Made by a program: the position numbers and the translations under genes. DNA of 64,000 nucleotides from Eledone cirrhosa (lineage: Eukaryota): assembly GCA_964016885.1 (NCBI GenBank), contig OZ024741.1, positions 10,230,001 to 10,294,000 on the forward strand. The letters are read 5' to 3'. Shown here piece by piece: positions 32,707-43,899 of this stretch. Positions within the stretch are counted from its first letter, which is position 1. Each line of letters starts with the position of its first letter. The notes under the pieces were generated by a model. It made no database searches. It had not been told where the DNA came from and saw only the letters and a list, made by a program, of their open reading frames with translations.

Positions 32707-35700
32707 CTACAGGCTTATAAACAGAGAAGGCCCAATCACTCGGGCCATTTTCGCTTCATTCACCCACCTTTCAGTAAATTTACTGGGGTGCAGTGCCTTT
32801 CTCTCCACCCTGATTCTCCTTCTAAAGTGATACTTAAAGAAGGGAATCAATTGTTGTCCGGAGAGAAAGGCATCTGTCCTCAGTCCTCTCAACCTCGTCC
32901 ACCATATAACTTCTTTCACCATAGCCACCGTACAGAGGAAAACCGCCTCTCTTTCGTTTTTGAAAGAGTCTGGCGGTTTGATCCTTACTATGGACTCGGC
33001 AGTCAACTGTATTTGTCCCATACGCGACAGCAGTTGTTCTGCATAGTTCCACAGGTCGCTTACGCCCGGGCAGTGTACAATTGCGTGCAGAACTGTTTCA
33101 ATGTCCTGCGCACATCTTGGACACGTCTTCTTGGAAGGATCCCTTCCAGGGCGTCCGTGCCTGTAGATCTTGTCACGAACCGATAGAGCTCCTCGGTAGC
33201 ACTGCCAGGCCAGGGACCTCTGGAAATTGTTCATAGGTCCCGGGCGGAAAGTCCTACCAAACAGACTGGTGAGCTCATCGTCTTCGACGCCCAGAGTCTC
33301 TCCGAGCACGTCGTCGCTCTTGTAACGTACAATCCCTCTATAGAATGTCGAAGTGGAGTCTCCACTGATTGCTGCGCCCGCTTGTGAGCGCCTGAGCCCA
33401 TTCAATGTGCCAGGCGCCCATCGTTTTCGGTCTTTTCTTCACCCAGGACTGCAGCTCCGTTAGCGAGACGAGCTGTGGGAAAGCCTGTCTCACAAACGGT
33501 GGCCACACCGGTTGGGGGTCGGTGAGGAATACCTGGAGATGCCGCAGCCTCAGCGCATGTTTGCGCATCATCAGCCACGGCATTCCCAGCCCTCCGTTGG
33601 AAGGGTGCTGACAGCAGACGGATCTCCTCACCAGCGGAGCCTGCTTCTTCCACAGAAATTGGAAGAGCATGCGTTCCATCTTGGCGAGGTGTTCACGGGG
33701 ACAAGGCACGTCAGTCAAGCGGTAGTAGATGACGGACGCTATGAAAGTGTTCGCCACCTCCGCTCGACCTTTCAAGGACAGTTTGCACTCTGCCCACTTC
33801 TGAGTGAGTGCAAACACCTTGGCCGTGACCTCGTTCCAGTTTTTCTCCACCTGGAGGTCTGGACCGAACCAGACCCCGAGCAATTTCACCGGTCCGTCCG
33901 TCCAGCGTCCAACGACGCTGTCGGATGTCATCGGTTTGCCTCTCCACGTACCGAGTTGCAAACCGACAGACTTGTCTGGGTTTAGTTTTGCTCCCGTCAG
34001 CGTATTCTTTCAGTAAGTTGCCGATCACCCCATTACCGTTATGTCGTCACACCATTACCGTTATGTCGTCGGCATAAGCCGACGCCGCTTTGCGCAGTCC
34101 CGGTTCTAGGGGGATGCCCTGCAACAGCTCCAATTTCCGCAGTAGTGGCTCTAGGGTCAATACATACAGAATGGAGGAGAGAGGGCATCCCTGTTGAATG
34201 GAACGCGTGATTGCGAACGGCTCCGATAGGTAGCCGTTCACCTTGACCCTCGAGCAGATGCTGGTGTGCATCGCCTCGATCCAGCCTCTGAACACGGGAC
34301 CGAAACCGGCCGCCTTGAGAACCGCTTCCAAGTATCAATGGTCGACCCTATCGAATGCTTTAGACTGATCCAAGTTGATCAGAGCCCCACCGAAGCCGGG
34401 TTTACTACCCACCCTCTCCATGATGTATCGCATGAGGTGGAGGTTGTCGTGTCTGGACCTGGTCGGGATTGCACACGTTTGCGCTTTCCCTACCAGGTTC
34501 TCGACGACAAGCGCCAACCTCGTCGCTAGCACCTTGGCCAAAATCTTTAACTCTGTGTTGAGCAGAGTTATGGGCCTGAAGTTGTTAATTTCGTCCCCCT
34601 TGTTCTCGTCTTTCTTGATCAGCGTTACTACGCCCTTGCCTGCAGAACTGGCAATTCTCCCATTCTGCTGCCAATTGCAGTAGACGGCTTCGAGGACGCC
34701 AGAGAACAAGTCCGGCATGCCTATGTAAAATTCGTAGGGTAGACCATCTATACCGGGTGACTTGCGCTTCCCGCAGCGGCCCAGAGCGTCCCGTATCTCA
34801 GTGTCCGTGATCGTTCTTTCGCAGAACTCGGCGTCCGTGTTCGAGAGACGCGGCAGGCCGTCGAGGTATGAACTAAAGTTCATTGCCCCGTTCGGCTCAC
34901 CGTCGTTCTGCTCAAACAGTCACGCAAAGTGCCGCTGAAAGGCCGCGCACTTTTGCTTGGGGTCAAGTAGCACGCGTCCGTTTTGGTCTTTCAAAGACCG
35001 AATCGTGGACTTGTTGCCACTTTTTGCCTCCGCCACTCGGGCCCAGCTGACAGCTTTCGCTCGTTCGTTTCCTAGAGCACGTATTTTGCTTCTGACCACG
35101 CAGCCTTCGTGTTTCGCATCGAAGAACTGGTCCAGTGCCGTTCTCGACGCTAACACTCTAGCCGCGTTGCCACTTCTAAGTGCCTCCTCTACCTTGGCTA
35201 CTAGTTCTCTTTCTATTCTGTTTTTCTCTAAGGCTAACTCTCTGCTATACCCTATCGATTCTATTCTAATTGCTTTCTTGAGAGAGTACCACCATCTATT
35301 GTTGACGCTGGCTCCCGTTAACTGTTGCTTGACTAGTCTACTTATCCGTTCACTGTAAGCTTTACGTGCCGGCAACGACACGTTCAGTTTCCAGTATCCG
35401 GGAGCCTGTCTATGTATTCTATCACGGTTGACTAAGCAGACGACTAACTTGTGATCTGAATAGGCAACCATGTGCATTCGTGGACAGCTTAACATCTCCT
35501 TGTCCCTTTCTCTAATGAAGAACCTATCTAAATACGATCTAGATGTCCCACTGCGGTTTACCCACGTCCACTGTTGTGCAGTCGGGAAATCCAGTCGATA
35601 CCTATCGGCCAGTTGGAATTGGCCGATTAAAGTTTTGAGGCTGTTGCACCCCGCTCTACTGGGACATGCTCCCACATAGTCCCATCGTGCATCTAGGATA

Positions 35701-36137
35701 CCATTCCAGTCCCCCACTAAAAGTAAGGAGCGAGACGTTCCCAGAAAAGACTCTAGACGCTTAAAGAAGTCTGGCCGTGATTGCGATTGCCCGGTCGGGG
35801 CATAAACGGCCACCAGTCTGAAGGCTGCACCTCCGATACTGTTCACGTCTAGGACTACCAGTCTACCCTCCGGGTCCAAGTGTACTTGCTGTACTCCGAC
35901 GTCCAGGTTCTTCCGATACATAACAGCCACTCCACCTCCACCTCCTGGCTGACAGAGAGATGCGTAGATCTCAAAGTCGTCGAAGATGGGGGTTAGTTGC
36001 TTCCTGTTGTGGATCCTGGACTCGGTGATGGCTATCACATCCATACTGTGTCACCTAAGGTCGTTTAAAAGTTGGCCCTGTTTCCAGGGCATCCCTAGGC
36101 CACGCACATTCACGGTTCCAACTCGTAAACCAGCCAT
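32707..36137 (-). pseudogene. Tx1-like ORF2: APE endonuclease, reverse transcriptase, C-terminal Cys/His domain (stops and frameshifts)
   Basis: MAGLRVGTVNVRGL at 36137; DVIAITES, VAVYAP, GDWN, SYLDRFF, SDH (APE); KSPGIDGLPYEFY, NFRPITLLN, DQSKAFDRVDH, QQGCPLS, YADD, LLGVWF (RT); CPRC...ETVLHAIVHC. Confidence 0.93.
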
Positions 36138-36178
36138 GTTGGTGAAGAAAAGTTGGAGGAAAAGGACGAAAGGTTCAC

Positions 36179-37920
36179 TTACCTTTTCGTTTCCTGGAGA
36201 TCGGGTTGTTCAATCTCCATTTGGGTGCTGGATGGGGTGTTGGGTGGGGTGGGGAAACATTTTAACAGGACGCGGTTGATGGGTTTGTGGCAGGGGTTGC
36301 CCACGTCCTGTGAAAATTTAACTTTTAGGTCTTTATAGGTTTCCATAGAAACCCAAATAAGTTTAAGGTGTGGAGACGATTCTGCCTTGACGAAAGTTTT
36401 GCCCTCCGTCTCCACCTTGGGGTTTTGGGAGATGACCTCCATCAAACTCTTGTTGTTTGTGTTGATGTATGCGTATTGTTGTTTGTGTTTTTGTTGTGTG
36501 TTTTAGTTTGTTGTTCATCCGGGAGTTTTCTTTTTATGGTGGGTGCTTGTGTTTGGGGTGGTGTTGGTGCTGGTTTTGCTGATAGGGGATGTTTGACTGC
36601 GGTGTTATTTGTGTTGTTGTTTGTGTCTGTGGTTGTGTGTTGGTGTTGGTGATTGGAGTTTTGGGGGTTTTGCGGTGTCTCTTTTTTTGTTTTTTAGATT
36701 TCCGCGGTTCTCCCTCTTCTTCACTTAAAGAAGGAGAAGCAGCTTCATCCGTCGATGAATAATCATCGTCAGGTGTGTGGGGTAAGGGTATGTTGTGTGG
36801 TGGTGGTGTTTCGGTATGTGTGTTTGTGGTAGTGTTTGATGGAGTGGGATGGAGTGGGGATGTGTTCTTCAGGGGTGTTGTCTCTGTTTTTTCTGTTGTT
36901 GTTGGTTGAGTGTCTGTTTGTTTTGGTGTGGTTGCTCGTTTCGTCTGTCGTTGTACTTGTGGTGGTGGTGGTGGTTGTTTTGGTGTTGGTGTTGGTAATA
37001 GCGTTTTTTTTATGATGTTGTTGTTGTGTGTGTTTGGACAAGAGGCTTTTAGGTGAGCTGTGCTACCACAGCGAAAGCAATGAAATTTTCGTCCTTCTAC
37101 CGAAATGTTTATTTTGTTGTTATTATCAATAACGACTCTTTCGGGTATTTTGGAGATTCTCTCCGGTTTCATTTGCAACAGAATCTCCAAATCTGTGCCC
37201 GCCCACCTTTGTCGAATAGATTTTCGTATCGAAAGTCTGTTTCTGGCTCTACGAAGCCAGCCAAGATCCAACAGATGTTAATGCTTGGAGGTATGTTTTT
37301 TATTTTTATTTTTTGTGTCCTTTTCCCCATGTATGTAGGGAAAAAGGTGTATGCTTTTGTCACAGAGTTTTTTGGGGCGAGTGCCTCGCTTTTAAACAGT
37401 ACGGAAACACTTCCGTACTGTTTTCCTCGCTGGAGAAAATCGACATTTGCTAGAATTTCCTTGAAAGAATCTTCTATGTCTGCTTGATTAACAAATGTCG
37501 GCTTTCTTGTCGAATTTGACACAGTCCTAAAAGTGACTGATCTGCGGATTGTGTCTTCCTTTATTTCAAGAGGTGAGTTAATTCTAAACCCACCTCTTTC
37601 TTCGAAAGTTACAAATTTTCTCCCTTGCTGGAGCATATCTCTTGCGTTGGAGATATCAAGATTTATAAAATCTTGTTTTTTGTTCACTGTTTCAGCGAAA
37701 GACATTTTCTTTTTTTGTGTGGTGTTGCTGTTGATGTTGTTGTTATCGTTGTTGGAAATCTCAGTTCCTTGTCGAGGTGAAACTTTATGTGTAGATGTAT
37801 CTGTAGAGTTGTTGATGTCTTTTTCATGTGTATGTATGTCAATGGGTTTAATTGCTGTGTTTTCCTGTGTGTTATTGTTATTTTTATCCGCTTCGGCGGT
37901 AGAAATTTTAAAATTTTCAA
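36179..37920 (-). pseudogene. Tx1-like ORF1 (gag-like, CCHC zinc knuckle, Pro/Thr-rich and basic tail), frameshifted
   Basis: SFAETV motif, IKIKNIPP, CFRCGSTAHLKASC knuckle and RKSKKQKKRHRK, spread over several ORF fragments upstream of ORF2. Confidence 0.8.
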
Positions 37921-38275
37921 GTGTTAATATATTTTTTTCTTTTGTGACAGTTGTATCTATGCGACGTCCATAGTAGCAGAAGCAAATATAACGTTAATAT
38001 CTGCCTCTTTCTCTCTATTTTCTCTATTAACGTTCTCCAGCGTTCTTGTGTTGCTCAAGTTATTTACTTTGTAAAATCTGATATTTTAAAACAAATTTTT
38101 TAAATAAAATGTTCACCCTTACAGGGGCGAAAAATGGGATTACCACCCAGCTGACAATTCAGCTTGGGGGTTAATCTACAAAGTGTTATGTTTTTTCAAA
38201 CAATTAGTTCGGTCTTTTGCATAGAAATTAACAAAAAAGCTTACCGGCGATGTTCCACACGTCAGACAGAAAGAG

Positions 38276-38280
<5 letters not shown>

Positions 38281-38366
<86 letters not shown>
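38281..38366. repeat. (GATA)n microsatellite
   Basis: About 21 perfect units. Confidence 0.97.
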
Positions 38367-38367
<1 letters not shown>

Positions 38368-38560
38368 TTCTTTATTTGCCACAAGGGCGCACAAGAAAGG
38401 GGAACAATACAAGGACATATGCCGGGGATTTTACATACAGTCGTGTAAAAAAAATGTTAACAAACAAATTCAACAATCGAAATCCCCAGTAGAGGGAGGC
38501 GTTCTAAATGGGTTGTTTAATACTCCGTAGATAGAACAACCCTCAACTTCAGGAGCTTGT
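38367..38560 (-). mobile_element. 5'-truncated 3' end (~195 bp) of the same Tx1-like family
   Basis: Closely matches 32472-32665 and is bounded by (GATA)n on both sides. Confidence 0.88.
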
Positions 38561-38984
38561 AAAGATAGATAGATAGATGAAGAGGGGCGGGAGAGAGAGT
38601 GAAGATGTGAAAAAGAGAGAGATATGTGTTGCAGGATGATAGAACGAGGAATTAGCTGGAGGAGTAGTGTGAGTTGCTCTGGTTATGTATAACCCTTTCT
38701 ATTTTTCATGCGATACACATTTCATTTAATTAAGGAAGAATGCTGACAGATTTGCTAAAATCTATTAATTATTTAATTACTTGGAGAATAACTTAATATA
38801 TGCTTCTCATATAAATTATGTTGGAATGTTTTTGTTTTTTCTTTGTTGTTTATTTAAATAGGAACTCTTTAAAATCTGTGGTTTTGCTTCATAGGGCCAA
38901 AGGTGTTTTGTTCGGGTTGGTAACAAAAGCGATAAAACTAGAAATAACAAACCCCTACCTGATTAAGACTGTTAGAAAAAATAT

Positions 38985-39145
38985 GAGGTGACAAATTGGC
39001 AGAGTCGTTAGAGCGTCGGATAGAATACTTTGTGGTGTTTGTTTTGATTCTCTGCTTTCTGAGTTCAAATCCTGCTGAGGTCAACTTTGCCTTTCATCCA
39101 TTCAAGGTTGATAAAAAATACCAGTCTAGTACTGGGGTTGATTAT
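38985..39145 (+). mobile_element. tRNA-derived SINE
   Basis: A-box-like TGGCAGAGTCG, B-box GTTCAAATC, and body GGTCAACTTTGCCTTTCATCC...GATAAAA shared with 39635-39785 (-) and 61370-61462. Confidence 0.75.
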
Positions 39146-39634
39146 TCCTCTATTTCGCTTTCTCACCTCCATTCTCTCCCTCTATCTCTCCCTCTCAGGA
39201 AGAAATATGTTGTATTCAGACTTGGAGGGGACATAGGCTCTGCTAGGTTTTAAAATACCCTAGAAACGCCGTATGACAATACGGTGCCCCCTACGACTTC
39301 CTCGGGCTTTATGGGACCATGTATATCGTATAGGAACATTGGAGAGAAGAAGGAAAAATAATTGATTTGGATAATTACAAAAATATTTAAACATTTAAAC
39401 ATCTAAAGAGACTGAAAGGGGTTAAGATGTATTGAATAGACAAGTGAAGTTAAGGTATGTCTTTTACATGTTATAGAGGTCTTGGGACAAATACACTAGA
39501 CATCTTTTAAATATTAAAAAACTTAGCGGAGTACATCCCTCAACAAGTCGGACAACACAGCAGATTCTTTCTTCGTCTTCTTCTTCTTCTTCTTAGAGAG
39601 AGAGGGAAAGAGGGAGAGAGAGAGGAGGGGGTGA

Positions 39635-39785
39635 GAATCGATCCCAGTGCTGAGTTACTACTTTATGTAGCAACATCGAAAGGATGAAAGGAGGAAAAGT
39701 TGACAACAATGGGATTTGAACTCAGAACTCACTGAGCCGGAACAAATATAGAGACATGTTTAATCGACACCCTAACGACCTTGCA
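39635..39785 (-). mobile_element. tRNA-derived SINE, diverged, inverted copy
   Basis: GAAAGGATGAAAGG...AAAGTTGAC...GGATTTGAACTCAGA is the reverse complement of the body and B-box at 39060-39100. Confidence 0.65.
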
Positions 39786-39865
39786 TATACATACACACAC
39801 AAACTCACACACATACACACATAGACACATACACACACACATATATATATATATTTATATATATA

Positions 39866-40038
39866 ACAAAGGAACCACTTGGACCTTAACGCACCAGAGT
39901 ATTCGATACTTAGAGTAGTAGAGTGGGAAATAGGAAAAAGTATGACCCCGACGGCAGAGCTCAAGCCATTTCGACGGCTATTTCTAGTCCAGAAATAGCC
40001 GTCGAAACGGCTTGAGCTCTGCCGTAGGAGTCATACTT

Positions 40039-40042
<4 letters not shown>
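39866..40042. mobile_element. Probable Penelope-type pLTR fragment containing a 52-bp-arm inverted repeat
   Basis: Arms at 39934-39985 and 39991-40042 with 3 mismatches. Related fragment at 61179-61278. Both lie in (TA)n. Confidence 0.6.
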
Positions 40043-40104
<62 letters not shown>

Positions 40105-40230
40105 ATAATAATAATAATAGTAATAATAATAAATTTGAAGACTAAAATCAAAAGAGGGCTCGATAAGGATAAATATATATAAAATATATAAGAACCGTAG
40201 AACAAATATTTATTAAAATAACAGATTAAA

Positions 40231-40283
40231 GTTTAAGCAAAGAATCGCTGCTTTCCCCCTTAACGGGATCTTCTGAAACTAAC
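40231..40283 (-). ncRNA. Type I hammerhead-like ribozyme with variant core (CAGAAGA) in the pLTR
   Basis: Minus strand: AGTTT-CAGAAGA-TCCC GTTAA GGGG-GAAA-GCAG..TTGC-TT-AAACT. Stems I, II and III all pair. Confidence 0.6.
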
Positions 40284-41212
40284 AAAGTCAATCTGTAAAC
40301 GCAGAAGTGGATATTTCAAAAAACGTTGCAACTGGAGGAAGACAGGAAGACGATACTTTGGTTCGTGGAAACGTTCGCTGGCTAAGAACGGGGAAAAACG
40401 AATAATAGGTCATTAATAGGAGCGCTGAAAAACAATTACGCGCAAAGACAGAACCACGTTTATGGTATAAAAGAGGTCGTAGACTAATGTTCACTTAGGT
40501 GGTGCATAGAGACGTTCTCTGGCGATGAACGAAAAAAACGAAGATAATACGTCATATGTGGTGCATGGAGAACAATAGCACGCAAAGACAAAACCACGTA
40601 AATGGTATAGCAGAAGTCGTAGACTAAATTCTAACTAGGAGACCGAATGAATCTCCGCTACGGAGTTAAGAACAAAGTAAATAAATACAATACAGAAGTA
40701 ATAGAAGTAAATAAATACATACACGCAAACAGAAACGTACATACACAAGCATACGCAAAAACTTACCATAGGTAAACAAAACCACGCACATATAAATATG
40801 TGTGTGTGTGTAAGCGTGTATACAAATAAATAAATAATTATATAAACGTATATAAATGTATATAAATACGTATATAACAAGCGCACAAACATACCTACAT
40901 GTAAATACACGAAAGTTCGGAGACGTAAGTCAACCAAAACATGAAGTACACATATACACACGCCCTACATACGTACGAACCTGTATACTCACACAGACGC
41001 AAAACTCCCGTATACACATAGCCGAACCATATGTACCAGAATATATAAAAAAAATTATACGCCATAACAATCAAATATACGTACGAGAAGGTATACGTTC
41101 CTTCACAAAACATACGGATAATATACTTACCTATGCAAATAAGTAAAGGTATAAACAAAACATATACTTAGCTCCCACATCGATACGTAAAATATCCACG
41201 TATAGATCGTAC

Positions 41213-43522
41213 TATCCGTTAGGGTATAACGTGGGGCTGTAATACAGGAAAGTTTTGTGCTATTTATGTTTACAAGCCGAAATTGCCTCAGATTTTTTGT
41301 TTAAGATGTGGTCTGTGGCGTAGAGTATTTCCAGGGCCTCAGCGGCGCAGAGGTCACATGGTCTTTTATTTCCGTTATACGATCTACCCTAGCTAGGATC
41401 TCCCAGTGTAACTTATATTGGGTGTGGTTGTCTTTTAGACTCCAGATATAAGCTGAAAGTGACGTCATATTCCTTCTTAGAGGGTAACGAAAAGAATGGT
41501 TATGCATGTAAAGACGCTGCTTGAATCTATTGGCGGTTAACCCTATGTAGGCCCTACGGGACGTGGGTGTTACAACCTTACATTTGTAGACAATGTTACT
41601 AGAGAGTCATTTCCCGGATAGGGGGCAATCAACCCGATTCATACAATTACAGTTAGTACTAAATACAGGTTGCACGTGTTCCTACGGCTAGGTAGTTTAG
41701 CTAAATTTGAAGCTGTGATGTTATGTGCAAGGTTAGGAGTCGTAGAGTAAGACATTTTAATAGTATTTCTATTAAAAATGTTCCTATATTTATGTGTAGG
41801 GGGAAAATGCTTCGTAATAAGGGAAAGAAAGATCTTAGCTAATAGTGTGGCCACCTCCATATTATATGGTGGGTTATACCAACAAATGCGACGGGATCTA
41901 TTTCTTCTAGGTCTATTTTCGTACTCTGTATATGCTACCTTATCGACAAATCCACTTCGAGCAAGAGCTTCATTGTAATAAGTGGAATGGTCGTTGAAAA
42001 TACGCTCGTTGGTGGAAAGACGGGAAAGCCTCAACGAAACGTTTCTTACCAGGTTCTTGGTTATGCTAGCAGGATGGTTGGAATGCTTACTTATGTAATT
42101 AAGCGTATCATTCGGCTTTCTATACGGGTAATACAACCCATTCAATAAGTTGAGGGTAACGTCGAGGTAATTAACGACCGAGAGATTGGCCTCAACCTGT
42201 ATAGAGAGGTTGAAGCCTTTAAAGAAGGCTGTGAGTTCTTTTCTGAACCTGTCGCAAGCACGAGGTCCGCACTTAGTCATGGTCAAAAGACCATCGTCAC
42301 GGTACAAACCACCGCCCGCGTTGGGGAATTCGTCCCTGATAGAGAAAAGAAGGAAAAGGCCGATAAGATCAGTAACCTCCGCAGAATCACTGGCGCCCAT
42401 ACTCACGTCGAATGGGGTACTGTTGGATTTTTTTATCCAAATAGAGTCGTCGAAATTAATCACCGACTTTCGGGCATTGAGGTAAGTGCACATCTTCTGC
42501 TCTTTCAGACGCATCCACCACACGACCTCTTTCACCATGCCACCAGGCAGATAAAAGCTGCCTGCCCTTCCCGGCTAAAGGAAGGTGACAGGGAAATCCT
42601 CGCAATGGACTCAACTGATAGCCGGATCCATCCTACATGCGACAGCTGATGTTCGATATAAACCCACAAGTCAGCAATGCTCGGACACCTGACGTGTGTG
42701 TGCAGGACAGTTTTGTTGCCCTGCGCGCATCGTGGGCAGGTCTGGCTGATTACACTTCCATGCCTGTAGAGTTTATCCCGAACTGGCAAAGGTCCCCGGT
42801 AGCACTACCAGGCCAGGGACTTCTGGATGTTGTCTGTAGGCCTCAGCCCAAAAGTTCTCTCAAAGAGATTGGCTAGTTGATTTTCGTAAATGTCTTCCCA
42901 AGGACGTCATCACTCTTTCCCTCCACTAACCCTCTATAGAACGCCAAGGTGGAGTTTCCACTGATTGCATTGCCCAACTAGTCGAGGGCTTGTGACAAGG
43001 GTGATGAATGAAGAAATATTACAAAGCGAAATTCCATAAAGTGTGGGAGTTAACACAGAAATTGAGTGTTTTAGCGAAATTGATAGCTCTAAGGAGAAGT
43101 GGTAAAGTGATGGAGGAGTAGTAATTGTTGATGTCGAATTGGATAAAACGGCAGTGTTCCTTGTTACATATGCCGTTGAACCAATCAATCACCGCGAAAG
43201 AATTATTCCACAGTGCAAGAGGGGCCAAACTTCTAATTTCAGGTATAATTCTATCAAGAATCGTTTTACTAAGTCTACCTAAATCGGACTTCGTAAGGTT
43301 AATAAGCCGAATAGAGGGGTTGTTCGGAAAATTGGATTTGTGATCCTTCAGTGTAAAGTGGGGAGAAATAGGGTCCAGAGGTTCGGTCCGGTCCAGGATG
43401 TTGAGATCAGATGTGATTTTAAACCCAGCATCATTGATTTCATTGATGACGCACCGATTAGTTTTACGGTAATCCTTAGTTACAGCATTATGTAGTAGTT
43501 GATGGTAAGTACTGCGCTCCAC
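41213..43522 (-). pseudogene. PLE polyprotein: RT, CxC-x5-C-x5-C linker and GIY-YIG endonuclease; interrupted and frameshifted
   Basis: TLKDHKSNF, FDINNYYSSI, FDVSMGASDSAE, GLYRDDGL, VNYLDVTLNL, SNHP, WYNPPY; CNCMNRVDCPLSGK*L; NIVYKC...AYIGLTANRFKQRLYMHNHSF; CDLC; LNKKSEAISACKH. Confidence 0.9.
42482..43060 (-). mobile_element. Insertion in the PLE RT carrying an internal Tx1-like ORF2 C-terminal fragment
   Basis: VRDKLYRHG...TCPRCAQ...ADLW and MVKEVVWW are homologous to 32707..33405. ATTGAG occurs on both sides. Confidence 0.8.
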
Positions 43523-43608
43523 TTGATATAGGTTGTCAGTTAGTTGCAGAAGATCCCGTTATGGGTGAAAGCAGCGATTCTTTGCTTAAACTTTAATCTG
43601 TTATTTTA

Positions 43609-43665
<57 letters not shown>

Positions 43666-43899
43666 GTTACAACAGTGACATTTACAGGTACTTTAGTTTC
43701 GTTGGGGTTTTCATCCTAACTCCTTCAGCCTCTTATATAAAGATGGCTTCCCCATGGAGATTATATATATATATATATATATATACATACATATGTATAT
43801 GCATATATACTTGTCTGTGATAAACAGATGAAACTCCAGAATAACAAGATTCCTTATTTAGCCTTAATAAAATGAATATATATATATATATATATATAT

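Larger units (their letters stand above)
32472..38270 (-). mobile_element. Near full-length Tx1/L1-clade non-LTR retrotransposon (ORF1 + APE-RT ORF2), disrupted
   Basis: ORF1 and ORF2 domains in canonical order. The 3' end is AATAAAGAAA on the minus strand followed by (TCTA)n, and (GATA)n flanks both sides. Confidence 0.92.
40131..43612 (-). mobile_element. Penelope-like element (Naiad/Neptune-type RT + GIY-YIG), 5'-truncated, with a 3' pLTR and a short inverted 5' pLTR
   Basis: RT and GIY-YIG remnants are present. 43541-43612 is an inverted copy of ~40210-40285, and (TA)n flanks both ends. Confidence 0.9.

Noticed and set aside
34031-34070. 18-bp direct repeat next to the Tx1 YADD motif
   Set aside because: A local slippage lesion that frameshifts ORF2, with no sign of function.
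41060-41106. SECIS candidate GTGAA...TGAT on the minus strand
   Set aside because: Helix II pairs poorly and there are no apical adenosines; not supportable by eye.
42482-42487. Perfect GTAAGT donor at the edge of the insert, suggesting a retained PLE intron
   Set aside because: It is on the strand opposite to the PLE, there is no good acceptor, and the insert is recognisably Tx1-derived.
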